Source of the DNA: Naegleria gruberi
Lineage: Eukaryota
Assembly (NCBI GenBank): GCA_000004985.1
Contig: GG738884.1
Reading direction: 5' to 3' (one strand)
Length of the DNA stretch: 64,000 nt
Shown: positions 30,318-39,557 of the stretch, piece by piece
Numbering within the stretch: position 1 is the first letter of the stretch
Layout of the letters: the number at the start of each line of letters is the position of its first letter
The notes under the pieces: generated by a model
Told to the model about the DNA's origin: nothing
The model's database searches: none
The model's input: the letters and a program-made list of their open reading frames with translations, nothing else
Translations under genes and position numbers: made by a program

Positions 30318-31407
30318 ATGAAATTTCTTGAACTTCCTCCTGAAATCGCTTGCATTATTCGTTGCTTTCTCATACGGGAAAATAATTCATCATCAATATC
30401 GGAATGTAAATTCAAATTTTCACATATTTCTACCAATCAACACGAGGAAATTATTTCATTCTATATGAAATTGGAAACTGAATGGTTTAAATTAAAAAAT
30501 GATCATATTTGGGTCGATTTATTGGAATATGAAGCTAAAAATTGTAATTTATCTGATTTGCAATTGAGCAAGTGGAAGAAACAATTTAAAAAGAATATCA
30601 ATTTTAGAAGGAAAGTATTATTAGTGAGATGGGCAAGAGCTCAATATATTACAAATATTTTGGAAAAAGACCTGCCAATGAATGGTGTGAAAGAGAGTTT
30701 GGTCTCCTTATTGGGAATAAGTATGTATTATAATGTCGTTTCATATAATTTCTAAATTTCAATTCGATTGTGTGTGAAATTCTAATATATAGGTGGAGTT
30801 GGTAAAACATCAATTTGTAATTACTTTGCAATGGGCCATTTCTATGAAGATTATTCGTGTGGAATTGAGGACACTACACGAAAAATGATAAATCCAAGCT
30901 TTGGTGGAGGTTGGTGATTCGTATGGAGATTACGAATTCTCAGCCATGCTGGAACACACTCTGAAAAGGTATCATTCATCAATTTATGTATTTTCCACAT
31001 CTCATTCCCTAGATGAACAAGTTGTGACTTCTACACGAAAGTTGTTTAATTCATTGCTGAGAGCGAGAGATAGGGAGTGGAATGATTTCCCAGTTCTGTT
31101 TGCAATTAACAAAGTTGATATTCCAGATCAGAAAAGAAGGAGCTCCATTGAAAATATTCAATCATTCATTGGAACAATTATTGAGGAATTTGATTTGAGA
31201 AATACAGCAATATTCGAAACAAGTGCAAGAGAAGGAATTAATATCAATGAAATATTCGAACATGTTGTGCTGAAAATGGAATATTATGAACAGTTTCCAT
31301 TCCTCCCTGCCTTGGAAGATGTACTTGTTAACGATATTGAAGCCCTCAAAAACTTGGAATTATGGAATATAACAAGAAGAAAACAAAGAAAGTGTCTTGT
31401 TTGTTGA
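30318..31407 (+). CDS. Divergent Ras-family small GTPase with an approximately 130-aa N-terminal F-box-like extension and a C-terminal polybasic-CaaX (KQRKCLVC). Exon 1 is 30318..30720, the intron is 30721..30792, and exon 2 runs from 30793. There is an apparent +1 frameshift at about 30900..30915.
   Basis: Exon 1 ends ...LVSLLGI-S, with a GTATGT donor at 30721. The acceptor is tatatag|GT GGA GTT GGT AAA ACA, giving the P-loop GISGVGKTSICNYF. Switch I reads YSCGIEDTTRKMINPSFGGGW* and stops. Frame +1 continues VEVGDSYGDYEFSAM...LFAINKVDIP (NKxD)...FETSAREGINI (G5)...KQRKCLVC. The catalytic DTAGQ is replaced by GDSYG, so there is no Gln61 equivalent. Confidence 0.55.
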
Positions 31408-31846
31408 AAAGTGGTAGGAGGATAAGCATTAGTTGGAGTCATGATGCTTTGTAATGACTATCATCCAATTTCACCATTTCGAAATCAAGTAAATAATAAT
31501 ATTAATTTGCACAACAATAATTTTTATTAATTGTTGTGGTGCAAAACAGGAGAGAAGTGATGCAACAAAACTATAAACACCACAACCCTTTTTCGTTCAA
31601 CCTAAGTGACTTCATGTTCGGAAGCGACAAACTTGCTATTTACAAAATAATAACAATAACAAGCTTGGCACTTTCAAAGTATTCCAAAATCTTTTCGCAT
31701 AGAATCTTTGAGACATGAGGTAGGAGTGCTGTTCTAAAATTTAGAAACGAGCACATCCTGGCGGAAATCACCTCAGTCGAAGATGGAGAGAAGAACCAAC
31801 ACAATTACACCACACTCTCCTCTTTGCTTTTTAGAGATGAGGGCGT

Positions 31847-32125
31847 TTAGACCTTGGTTGGTGCTCTCTTCAATGCCTTCTTTTCAGCAATCAAAGCAGC
31901 ATGCTCCTTCTTTTGAGCAACAACTTGTTGTTGTTTATCAATGCTGTTCAACTTCATCTTCATTGGATCTTGACCAGTCTTCAAGGATTCATATCTACAA
32001 TTGCAGAGGTATCTCTTCTTGGCTCTACCAGTCTTTTCCTTTTCAGTGTTCTTTTGTGGGTCGACCTTTGGAGTTTGGTTCTTAACTTTACCAGCACGTG
32101 CGAGGGATCCGTGAACTTTTGCCAT
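31847..32125 (-). CDS. RPS30: Ribosomal protein eS30 (40S S30) with a C-terminal extension of about 28 aa.
   Basis: ATG at 32125. [61 protein letters not shown] matches yeast eS30 ([50 protein letters not shown]). It then continues [31 protein letters not shown]. Confidence 0.6.
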   Translation of the reverse strand: MAKVHGSLARAGKVKNQTPKVDPQKNTEKEKTGRAKKRYLCNCRYESLKTGQDPMKMKLNSIDKQQQVVAQKKEHAALIAEKKALKRAPTKV

Positions 32126-32390
32126 TTTGTGTCAATATATTGTTTCTGTTTTTTTTTTGTTTTATTTTTAAAATAATTTTTTATTGGTTGGGTTATTTAT
32201 TTTACAATGACCGGTTCAATTTTGAGTTTTATCTTACCTTCAGCCAAAATCAAATCTGTACTTGCTTTTCTTTTAATTTACAATAGAAAATTTATTACAC
32301 AACTAGGTATGCCAATTGTAGTCACCACAACGTTATTAACTGTGAAAAGGTAATTATTTATTCAAATATTATCATGTAAAATAACTACTC

Positions 32391-33566
32391 TTAGTCTTGG
32401 TCTGCATAGACAATTGGTTCACTTCTTGCAAATGAATGGTCATATCTGGTCAAATCAATATTATCCTCAGCCTCACCGAGTCCTGTAATTCCCTTTAGAA
32501 TGGTATTCAACTCTATTACTTTCCATTCCAATGCATCTTCTGTTGATCCATTGACAAGTCCCAAATCTAATGTGAAATTATCAAATGGAACGTGCTTGGT
32601 AATGAGAGAGCACATCTTTCTAATTGGTTCCATCATGTTATCATTATATTTAATATAATTCTTTCCTGTGACAAAGGACCATCCTTCATTTCCTTCATCA
32701 ATAACATAGTGCAACATTTGATCGATAATGATACATCTCATTTCTTTGAGAATGTTAACTTTTGGTCGAGCAATGTATAATTCTTCATACAGATTCAAAT
32801 CTCTCATTCTCTCAAAGAAGAGATTGCAACGAGTTGATCTTTGAATGTGATCCATCAATTCATTCCAACCATTTCTGGTGGTTTCGTACAAACATTCTGC
32901 AGAAACATCTTTAGGGGAGCAACCATCACATCTCACAAAGACTGAATCAAGATGATGAACTGATTTCAATTCGAGGAATTCCTCCTCTTCCCTAATAATA
33001 TGAATTGGAGATATTAACAATTGATTAACAGCTTGCTCAGATCCAAACGATTTCTTCAATGTTTCAAACCATTGTGAAAGATCGAAACTTCTCTGAATTT
33101 TAGCCAACACAGCAGTCATTGACTTTCTCATAACAAAAACAACATTATCATCGTGAAATAGATCATCTTCCTCGGAGGCTTTCTTAGAATGTTTGATAAT
33201 AAACTTGTCCATCTCCTTACTCTCATCTTGCTCCAATCTAAATTTTCTAAGATTTTGCAAATCATCAAGATGAATCATTCTACAAGTAGATTCTTCATCA
33301 CCATTATTGGATTCCTCTGCTTCTTCATCACCATTTAGAGGCTCATCAAGAAAATGATCCATAAAGATTCTCCTAGAGATTAAACTCCATTCATGATTGA
33401 ATTGTTGAAGATTATTCTCTTCCGAGGAAATAGCTTGCACATTATCCAAATGCGACATTCTACCCAAATCATTCGGATAGGCCCACTTGAGAGAATACAT
33501 TTGTTTAATACTCTCCTGAAGATTATTATTCGGCAAGGGACGAAACTCTAACTTGGCAACGAACAT
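32391..33566 (-). CDS. Hypothetical acidic protein of 391 aa.
   Basis: Single ORF. I recognise no family. Confidence 0.35.
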   Translation of the reverse strand: MFVAKLEFRPLPNNNLQESIKQMYSLKWAYPNDLGRMSHLDNVQAISSEENNLQQFNHEWSLISRRIFMDHFLDEPLNGDEEAEESNNGDEESTCRMIHLDDLQNLRKFRLEQDESKEMDKFIIKHSKKASEEDDLFHDDNVVFVMRKSMTAVLAKIQRSFDLSQWFETLKKSFGSEQAVNQLLISPIHIIREEEEFLELKSVHHLDSVFVRCDGCSPKDVSAECLYETTRNGWNELMDHIQRSTRCNLFFERMRDLNLYEELYIARPKVNILKEMRCIIIDQMLHYVIDEGNEGWSFVTGKNYIKYNDNMMEPIRKMCSLITKHVPFDNFTLDLGLVNGSTEDALEWKVIELNTILKGITGLGEAEDNIDLTRYDHSFARSEPIVYADQD

Positions 33567-33692
33567 TTTTTTTCAAAAATTCTTAAAAATAGAAAATTTC
33601 AAAGATTTTAAGTGAATTAAGGTGAATGCATTTTGAAATTTACATCTCACACTTGGAATAATTGTTAATGCAGCTTGCTTTGAATTATTTTT

Positions 33693-34871
33693 CTATTCCC
33701 AATCTAGATGGACTAAATGTGTTAAATAGGGAGATGTTGAAATTGGGGCACTTGTGGTCAATTCATTGCATGCTACTGTGAATGATGTTAAATGTTTCAA
33801 ATTGGGAGTATTGCATAATATTTCACATCCTTCATCCAGTATTTCATTAGAGGAAATGTCCAATTTAGTCAAGTTGGTGAGGGTTTTACTTTCTGCAATT
33901 GCCTTGCAACCGTTCAGACCTAGCTCACATTCTTCCACCAATAGTGTTTTCAAATTGGAGGCATTAGGTCCATGGACAATCTTTTCAAATGCTTTACTTC
34001 CAATTACACAATACATCAAGGAGAGGAGCGTTAAATTTCTCAAGGCAGGACCATTTCCTATATACTCACAACCTTCAATTCCAATATTGTGACATTGATC
34101 CAAAATAAGCTCACTAATGTTGGAGCATACAGAGCTGAAACAGAGATTACGAAGCGAGGATAGCGAGATAGGATTACAGGAAATATTCAAATGAACCAAT
34201 CGATGTCCAAACAGGGAAATTTCTTCAATAGCACTCGAATTATTTAGACAATCAAAAATTCTCAAAATTTCAATTGGACTAGCTTGAAGGAATTGCCTCA
34301 ATAAATCAGCACTTATTCTCATTCCATCCATGCGAAGGGATGTTAATTTTGGTAAATATCCATTAGAAAGATCAATCTCACGACAGAATATTTGCAAGGT
34401 TTTCAAATTTTCCAATGCTGAAATCTCAATTGTTCCAATGTCATGTCCTTCCAACTCTAAAACTTCCAATTTCGAAAAGGCCCCACTAGAAAAGCTCAAA
34501 TAACTAATTTCTCTGAGAAAATTCATTTTCAGAACCCTCAACTCTCTTCCTAAATTCTCGAAAATACATTTCAAATTTTTCTGATTAATACTCGGACTGA
34601 CTTTCAAACTTGTTAATTTTTCTAACATTCCACTCTCGAATATATTTGTTAATATTTCATCATCATTGATATCTTTTACATGTAAACTCTCGATCATGTA
34701 TTTACATTTAAAATTAACATTACAAGGAAAGTTTCTAATAGTAATAGACAACGGAATATTTCTAGCTTTTTCACACCAAAATTTGTTAATTAATGAGAAG
34801 GCTTTGATGATCTCCATGTGATCCGAGAAGAGAAGAATGTGATAAATCTCATCAGAGAGTTGTAATGTCAT
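33693..34871 (-). CDS. F-box-like N-terminus followed by RNI-type leucine-rich repeats.
   Basis: ATG at 34871. The N-terminus LSDEIYHILLFSDHMEIIKAFSLINKFWCEKAR is F-box-like. At least 10 LRRs follow, for example LRNLTLLSLMYCVIGSKAFEKI... and LTNLTKLDISSNEILDEGCEIL. Confidence 0.6.
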   Translation of the reverse strand: MTLQLSDEIYHILLFSDHMEIIKAFSLINKFWCEKARNIPLSITIRNFPCNVNFKCKYMIESLHVKDINDDEILTNIFESGMLEKLTSLKVSPSINQKNLKCIFENLGRELRVLKMNFLREISYLSFSSGAFSKLEVLELEGHDIGTIEISALENLKTLQIFCREIDLSNGYLPKLTSLRMDGMRISADLLRQFLQASPIEILRIFDCLNNSSAIEEISLFGHRLVHLNISCNPISLSSLRNLCFSSVCSNISELILDQCHNIGIEGCEYIGNGPALRNLTLLSLMYCVIGSKAFEKIVHGPNASNLKTLLVEECELGLNGCKAIAESKTLTNLTKLDISSNEILDEGCEILCNTPNLKHLTSFTVACNELTTSAPISTSPYLTHLVHLDWE

Positions 34872-35199
34872 TTTTTGATGTTTTGAATATGATGTTTACT
34901 TTGAATATTTGACAACCAAAAGAAAAAAATAGTAATTTCAATAAATTTTCTAATAGATCACTGCATCACATTCTTGGTAGCAATCATACTGCAAACCAAA
35001 CTCTCTCAATGCCTCGAGCTGCAGGTTAGGGCCGTTGAAGGGGATTGCTGTGAAGGACCTTCAGTGACCTCTGCAGTTTTATCCTTCTCAAATTTTGTTT
35101 GGTATGTTATTAAGAATTCAATTTTCTCTATTAGCCATTGGTGGAGCTATGTTTTTTTCGTTTTCTTAACAACAATGAAAAGTTTACAATGAGAAGAAG

Positions 35200-35593
35200 N
35201 NNNNNNNNNNNNNNNNNNNNNNNNNNNNNNNNNNNNNNNNNNNNNNNNNNNNNNNNNNNNNNNNNNNNNNNNNNNNNNNNNNNNNNNNNNNNNNNNNNNN
35301 NNNNNNNNNNNNNNNNNNNNNNNNNNNNNNNNNNNNNNNNNNNNNNNNNNNNNNNNNNNNNNNNNNNNNNNNNNNNNNNNNNNNNNNNNNNNNNNNNNNN
35401 NNNNNNNNNNNNNNNNNNNNNNNNNNNNNNNNNNNNNNNNNNNNNNNNNNNNNNNNNNNNNNNNNNNNNNNNNNNNNNNNNNNNNNNNNNNNNNNNNNNN
35501 NNNNNNNNNNNNNNNNNNNNNNNNNNNNNNNNNNNNNNNNNNNNNNNNNNNNNNNNNNNNNNNNNNNNNNNNNNNNNNNNNNNNNNNNNNNNN
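35200..35593. other. Assembly gap of 394 N.
   Basis: A run of N. The ORF-track ORFs 35131..35951 that span it are artefacts of translating N. Confidence 0.95.
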
Positions 35594-36036
35594 CCAATCC
35601 AACACCACAACATGCAACAAAGTGTGTGCTGCTGTGAGATCCAACAAACACACAAGAAATAAGAGGAGATTCGGAATTTTGAATACTGTAAAAATACCTT
35701 TGTTTACCATCAACAAGATCATCGTAAGTGCGCATCACTCTCTTAATAAACCTTCTGATCATGATGAGTTTGCCAGTTTTCAAGAGTTGCAGCTGAGAAA
35801 TTTCTTGTTTTTTTTCAACTTGGCGAAAAAAAGAACAAGACATCTCCTCCCTTATTCTTACCACTCGAAAAAAATCTGCCTCAATCTGCCTCGCACCTCT
35901 GTAAGATCTTAAATCTATTTTTACCTCCCCTCGCACCTTGTATGGGAGCAAAGTGAACCTTACCTTAATAAAACCATCATTGAAGAAGAATATTCATTTT
36001 TAAGAAGAATATTATTTATAAGAAGTTTGTGCGCAG

Positions 36037-37305
36037 ATGAAGACTGATAGAAAGCCTTATCATCCACAAAATTCAGAGAGTAGTAATAGCAGTGGCGATG
36101 ATGAAGATAATTTTCTGGAAATTAAGGAAAAAAGAAGCGAACCTCAACAAGAAGGAATCATGAGCAATTCACTTCCTTCGTCTTCAACGTATCATCATTT
36201 CAAATTGCCTTCAACTGTTCTATCGAAGAGAGAACGTTCAATCAATTATCATTCTAATAGTACTCCTCCGCCTTCCAACAGTTCGCAAATATATCAGAGA
36301 CAATCTGTTAGCATAAGTGGATCCACAGCAGTTGCCATGGAACAATCATCTTTGAATATTGTAGATGAGACTGATAAGACAACCATTGATATTGAGAGAA
36401 GGAAAAAGAAGAGGAAGAAGATGAAAAACTCTCATAACTACTTGAATGGAGGTGGTGAAAACTGGCTTCATGATGATACCTTGAAGAAGGATGAAGAAGA
36501 TGAGCATGTCCAAGATGACTCTCCCAATTCAACTAATAGTGAAGATGAAACTTTGAAGGTTTATGCCTTTGAAAAGCCCCTCCTCAGCAATAGTTCAACA
36601 TTCAAAGATAATTATTTCATATTGGCACCAGTTTCCAATTCATCTTCAACCTCCTCATCAGGCACAACTTCCAGCTCTAGAAAACAAAACTCATTCTCCA
36701 ATGATTCTTCAAGCCATCATAGCGCACAGTTTCATTCCAACAACAAGAAGAAACAATTTTCACCCCAAGCTCACAATCACCACTCAACTAATTCATCCAA
36801 TTCATTACCCTCATCATCACTGAGTCCCTCTCCACATGTTGTTCAAGCACAGAGTCCATTATTTATTTCACCACCTCAACCAGTGAATGTTCAGAAATAC
36901 ATGTGCAATTCACATTCAGACTCTAACACTTTCACAAGGAGATTTGTTCTGAATGAACCGACAATGACAATCTATGAGAAGAATCCACTTAATAACTCGC
37001 CAGCTAATCAACAAGAATCGATTGGCTATGCAAATGTGCAAGATTCCATGTCAATGCAACTCTTTTCTCAAATAGTGCAATTATTAATTCAAAGATATCA
37101 ACATCAGCTCGATGATTTATTGGAATCTCCAAATTCTCTCGCTCAGAATATTATTAGAGGGTTGAATAATAATGAGCAATCTCAGCAATTCAATAATTTA
37201 TCCTCTGCTGAATCCACACCATCCAATAACGTGTCCATTGAAGAAATTTACTCATTCATACTGCAAAACCAGAATCTTCTTTCGAAGAAAGACAATAATC
37301 AATAA
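36037..37305 (+). CDS. Ser/Asn/Gln-rich low-complexity hypothetical protein.
   Basis: A 422-aa ORF. Extensive S/N/T/P low complexity. No recognisable domain. Confidence 0.3.
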   Translation: MKTDRKPYHPQNSESSNSSGDDEDNFLEIKEKRSEPQQEGIMSNSLPSSSTYHHFKLPSTVLSKRERSINYHSNSTPPPSNSSQIYQRQSVSISGSTAVAMEQSSLNIVDETDKTTIDIERRKKKRKKMKNSHNYLNGGGENWLHDDTLKKDEEDEHVQDDSPNSTNSEDETLKVYAFEKPLLSNSSTFKDNYFILAPVSNSSSTSSSGTTSSSRKQNSFSNDSSSHHSAQFHSNNKKKQFSPQAHNHHSTNSSNSLPSSSLSPSPHVVQAQSPLFISPPQPVNVQKYMCNSHSDSNTFTRRFVLNEPTMTIYEKNPLNNSPANQQESIGYANVQDSMSMQLFSQIVQLLIQRYQHQLDDLLESPNSLAQNIIRGLNNNEQSQQFNNLSSAESTPSNNVSIEEIYSFILQNQNLLSKKDNNQ

Positions 37306-37401
37306 AGGAATGGGATCTTAACACTAAAATGACTGCCTAGCCTATTCTATTTAATTTTTCGTTTGTAAAACAGCAAAAAATTTCATGGCTCGCCACGTTT
37401 A

Positions 37402-37472
37402 CCGTCTCGGGAGGAATCGAACCTCCGTCAATGGATTCAAAGTCCACTATGCTACCATTACACCACGAGACG
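37402..37472 (-). tRNA. tRNA-Gln(UUG): tRNA-Gln (anticodon UUG).
   Basis: Minus-strand sequence CGTCTCGTGGTGTAATGGTAGCATAGTGGACTTTGAATCCATTGACGGAGGTTCGATTCCTCCCGAGACG G. Acceptor stem CGTCTCG/CGAGACG. Anticodon stem GTGGA/TCCAT, loop CUUUGAA. T-arm GGAGG-TTCGATT-CCTCC. The D-arm TGGTGTAATGGTAGCA is typical of tRNA-Gln. Confidence 0.8.
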
Positions 37473-37586
37473 AGCACATTCATAATGTTTGTAGTTCATT
37501 TATATTCACGAAAAGTTTTGTTGCTTTAGCTGCATTACTGCCCAAGTTATAAAATTTTATTAGAGTTCGTTCCAATCTTTTAAAAT

Positions 37587-39194
37587 TTATTGAGGATTCA
37601 TATTTGTCATATAATTATCTAACAAGTGACATGAAACACCTCCATTCTTTGGACAACCAACTTGAACTTCAGCTCCAGCATGAGCATATCCAAACAATTT
37701 AGGAGGAACTTCAGTTACAAGATCTTGCTTTGTCTTTCCATTCTTTTCGAAAGTATTTACAACACGAACATAATCCTTAACATTTTGGTTGACCACTTCA
37801 GCATGTTTCTTATCACCAACTCTAGGACCTCCAAAAGTAACCAATTCAACCTTAACTCCTGAATTCTTGTTACTCAATTCATAATCAGTTGCTGCAATTT
37901 CACTAATGGCTCCTCCCTTACTATGTCCAGTAAAAACAATCTTGTCAATTTTACCTTCTTTTTGATATTGAGCAATGACCTTGTTGATTTCTTCTCTGTC
38001 TTTCATGTAATTACTGAGGAATCCAGAGTGGATTTTACCAGCATATTGACCATTGAAATAGGTTGATTTCAATCCAATCTTCAAGTTATTTCCCCAATCT
38101 TTCAATGAAGTAGAAACAGTTCCTCTATACGAAACTACAAGAGTCTTATCTTTTTCATTGTACAAGACCTTGGAAGCGACCATTTCCTTCTTGTGATCAG
38201 TTGCTAGAACGACTTGATAACCTTGCTTTTCCAAATTCTTATCATTTGTCTTTTCGTATGCATTATTAGAAATTTGAGAAGCAATCGAAACTGTCTTGGC
38301 TGTAATTGATGTCAATGGAGAAACCTTTTGATTTGCCTTCATTCCATTAAGTGATTTAATCTTTTCAACACCTCTTGTTTGATCATTCTTCTTGGAATTC
38401 TTAATTGCTGAAATGACATTCTTTGCTTTCTTTAATTGCTTTGAAATAATCTTCCAAACTTTAGTTCCCTTTAGTTTACCGCCAGCTTGCTTTAATTTTT
38501 GCAATTTCTTCATGACATTATTCTTCAATGATTTGGAAACTTTCTTAATCTTTTCCTTGAGTTTCTTCTTTCCATTCTTGAAGAGATTGTCAACCTTGGA
38601 ACCTGCCTTTCTGAGCTTTTGCTTTGTAGTTTCAACTTTCTTTGAAATCTTCTTTCCAAGTTTGCTATTCTTCAATTTGGAACCAAATTTCTTCAATCCA
38701 TTCTTGAATTTTTTAGATTTTTCTTTCAATTTCTTTCCAAATTTGCTATTTTTCAACTTGTTTCCAATTTTTTTAATTCCATTTTTGAATTTTTTAGATT
38801 TTTCCTTCAAATTACTTTTAACTTTTCTGAAATTTTGTTTTACCTTGTTGAAATTATTCTTAAATTTGGAAGTTCTCTTGGAAATTGCATTCTTTACCTT
38901 GTTAAATGTCTTTGGAATTGCTCTTTTCACTGATTGACCTATTTTTCTTTCGACAGATGACTTGAAATTCTTAATCTTGTTGGTTGTTGACTTGACCTTG
39001 TTAATTCCACCTCTGATCTTTGATTCAACAGACTTGACCTTGTTAGAAATTGAAGATCTGGCCTTGCTGACGGCTGACTTGAAACCAGAGAAGAATTTGG
39101 CTTCAGTTGGTTGGATGGAACACAAACCGACAAGCGAAATCAAAAGAAACAAGATGAACATGGATGTCCATGTTGGAATAAGTTTTCTCTTCAT
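37587..39194 (-). CDS. Secreted class-3 (fungal-type) lipase-like protein with a long Lys-rich repetitive N-terminal region.
   Basis: ATG at 39194. Signal peptide MKRKLIPTWTSMFILFLLISLVGLCSIQPTEA. About 250 aa of KxxK-rich repeats follow. The C-terminal alpha/beta-hydrolase domain carries the nucleophile elbow FTGHSKGGA (class-3 lipase GHSLGGA) and ...VTFGGPRVGD. Confidence 0.65.
   Translation of the reverse strand: MKRKLIPTWTSMFILFLLISLVGLCSIQPTEAKFFSGFKSAVSKARSSISNKVKSVESKIRGGINKVKSTTNKIKNFKSSVERKIGQSVKRAIPKTFNKVKNAISKRTSKFKNNFNKVKQNFRKVKSNLKEKSKKFKNGIKKIGNKLKNSKFGKKLKEKSKKFKNGLKKFGSKLKNSKLGKKISKKVETTKQKLRKAGSKVDNLFKNGKKKLKEKIKKVSKSLKNNVMKKLQKLKQAGGKLKGTKVWKIISKQLKKAKNVISAIKNSKKNDQTRGVEKIKSLNGMKANQKVSPLTSITAKTVSIASQISNNAYEKTNDKNLEKQGYQVVLATDHKKEMVASKVLYNEKDKTLVVSYRGTVSTSLKDWGNNLKIGLKSTYFNGQYAGKIHSGFLSNYMKDREEINKVIAQYQKEGKIDKIVFTGHSKGGAISEIAATDYELSNKNSGVKVELVTFGGPRVGDKKHAEVVNQNVKDYVRVVNTFEKNGKTKQDLVTEVPPKLFGYAHAGAEVQVGCPKNGGVSCHLLDNYMTNMNPQ
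38651..38810. repeat. Direct tandem repeat of about 80 bp, two copies, within the lipase coding region.
   Basis: 38651..38731 and 38732..38810 are about 85% identical. They encode KLKEKSKKFKNG(I/L)KK(I/F)G(N/S)KLKNSK(F/L)GKK twice. Confidence 0.5.
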
Positions 39195-39557
39195 TATCTA
39201 CTTTCTAATATCGTTGACGAAACTAAAAGAATCTATGAATCGTGATGAACGAAAGCAAGTGGTCTTGATGGAGTTTTTTTAAAGATGATTTTTTGTGTAG
39301 TTTGATGTTGAAGCTTTCGTTTGCATATGTTGGCGGTTAAATCTCCACTACTTGTGAATTTGGATTTGACACTTGACGTTATAACGAACTGTCAGGTCAT
39401 TAAAAGTGGAATAGTTAATACAAAAACAAGACTTTGAACGTGAATACATGATTACAACACTTTAAGGACATATTTTCGTACATGATTCTAATCATTTCTT
39501 TTGCATTCTCCAAGATTCGGCTTCAATATTCCATTGGCACTTTTAATTTTAAAAAAT

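Noticed and set aside
31847-32125. The possibility that the eS30 C-terminal tail is an unspliced intron.
   Set aside because: No GT donor or AG acceptor pair gives an in-frame canonical eS30 ending. I kept it as a genuine extension but flagged it.
35131-35951. Four long ORFs with XXXXX translations spanning 35.1-35.9 kb.
   Set aside because: They are produced by translating the 394-N assembly gap and are not genes.
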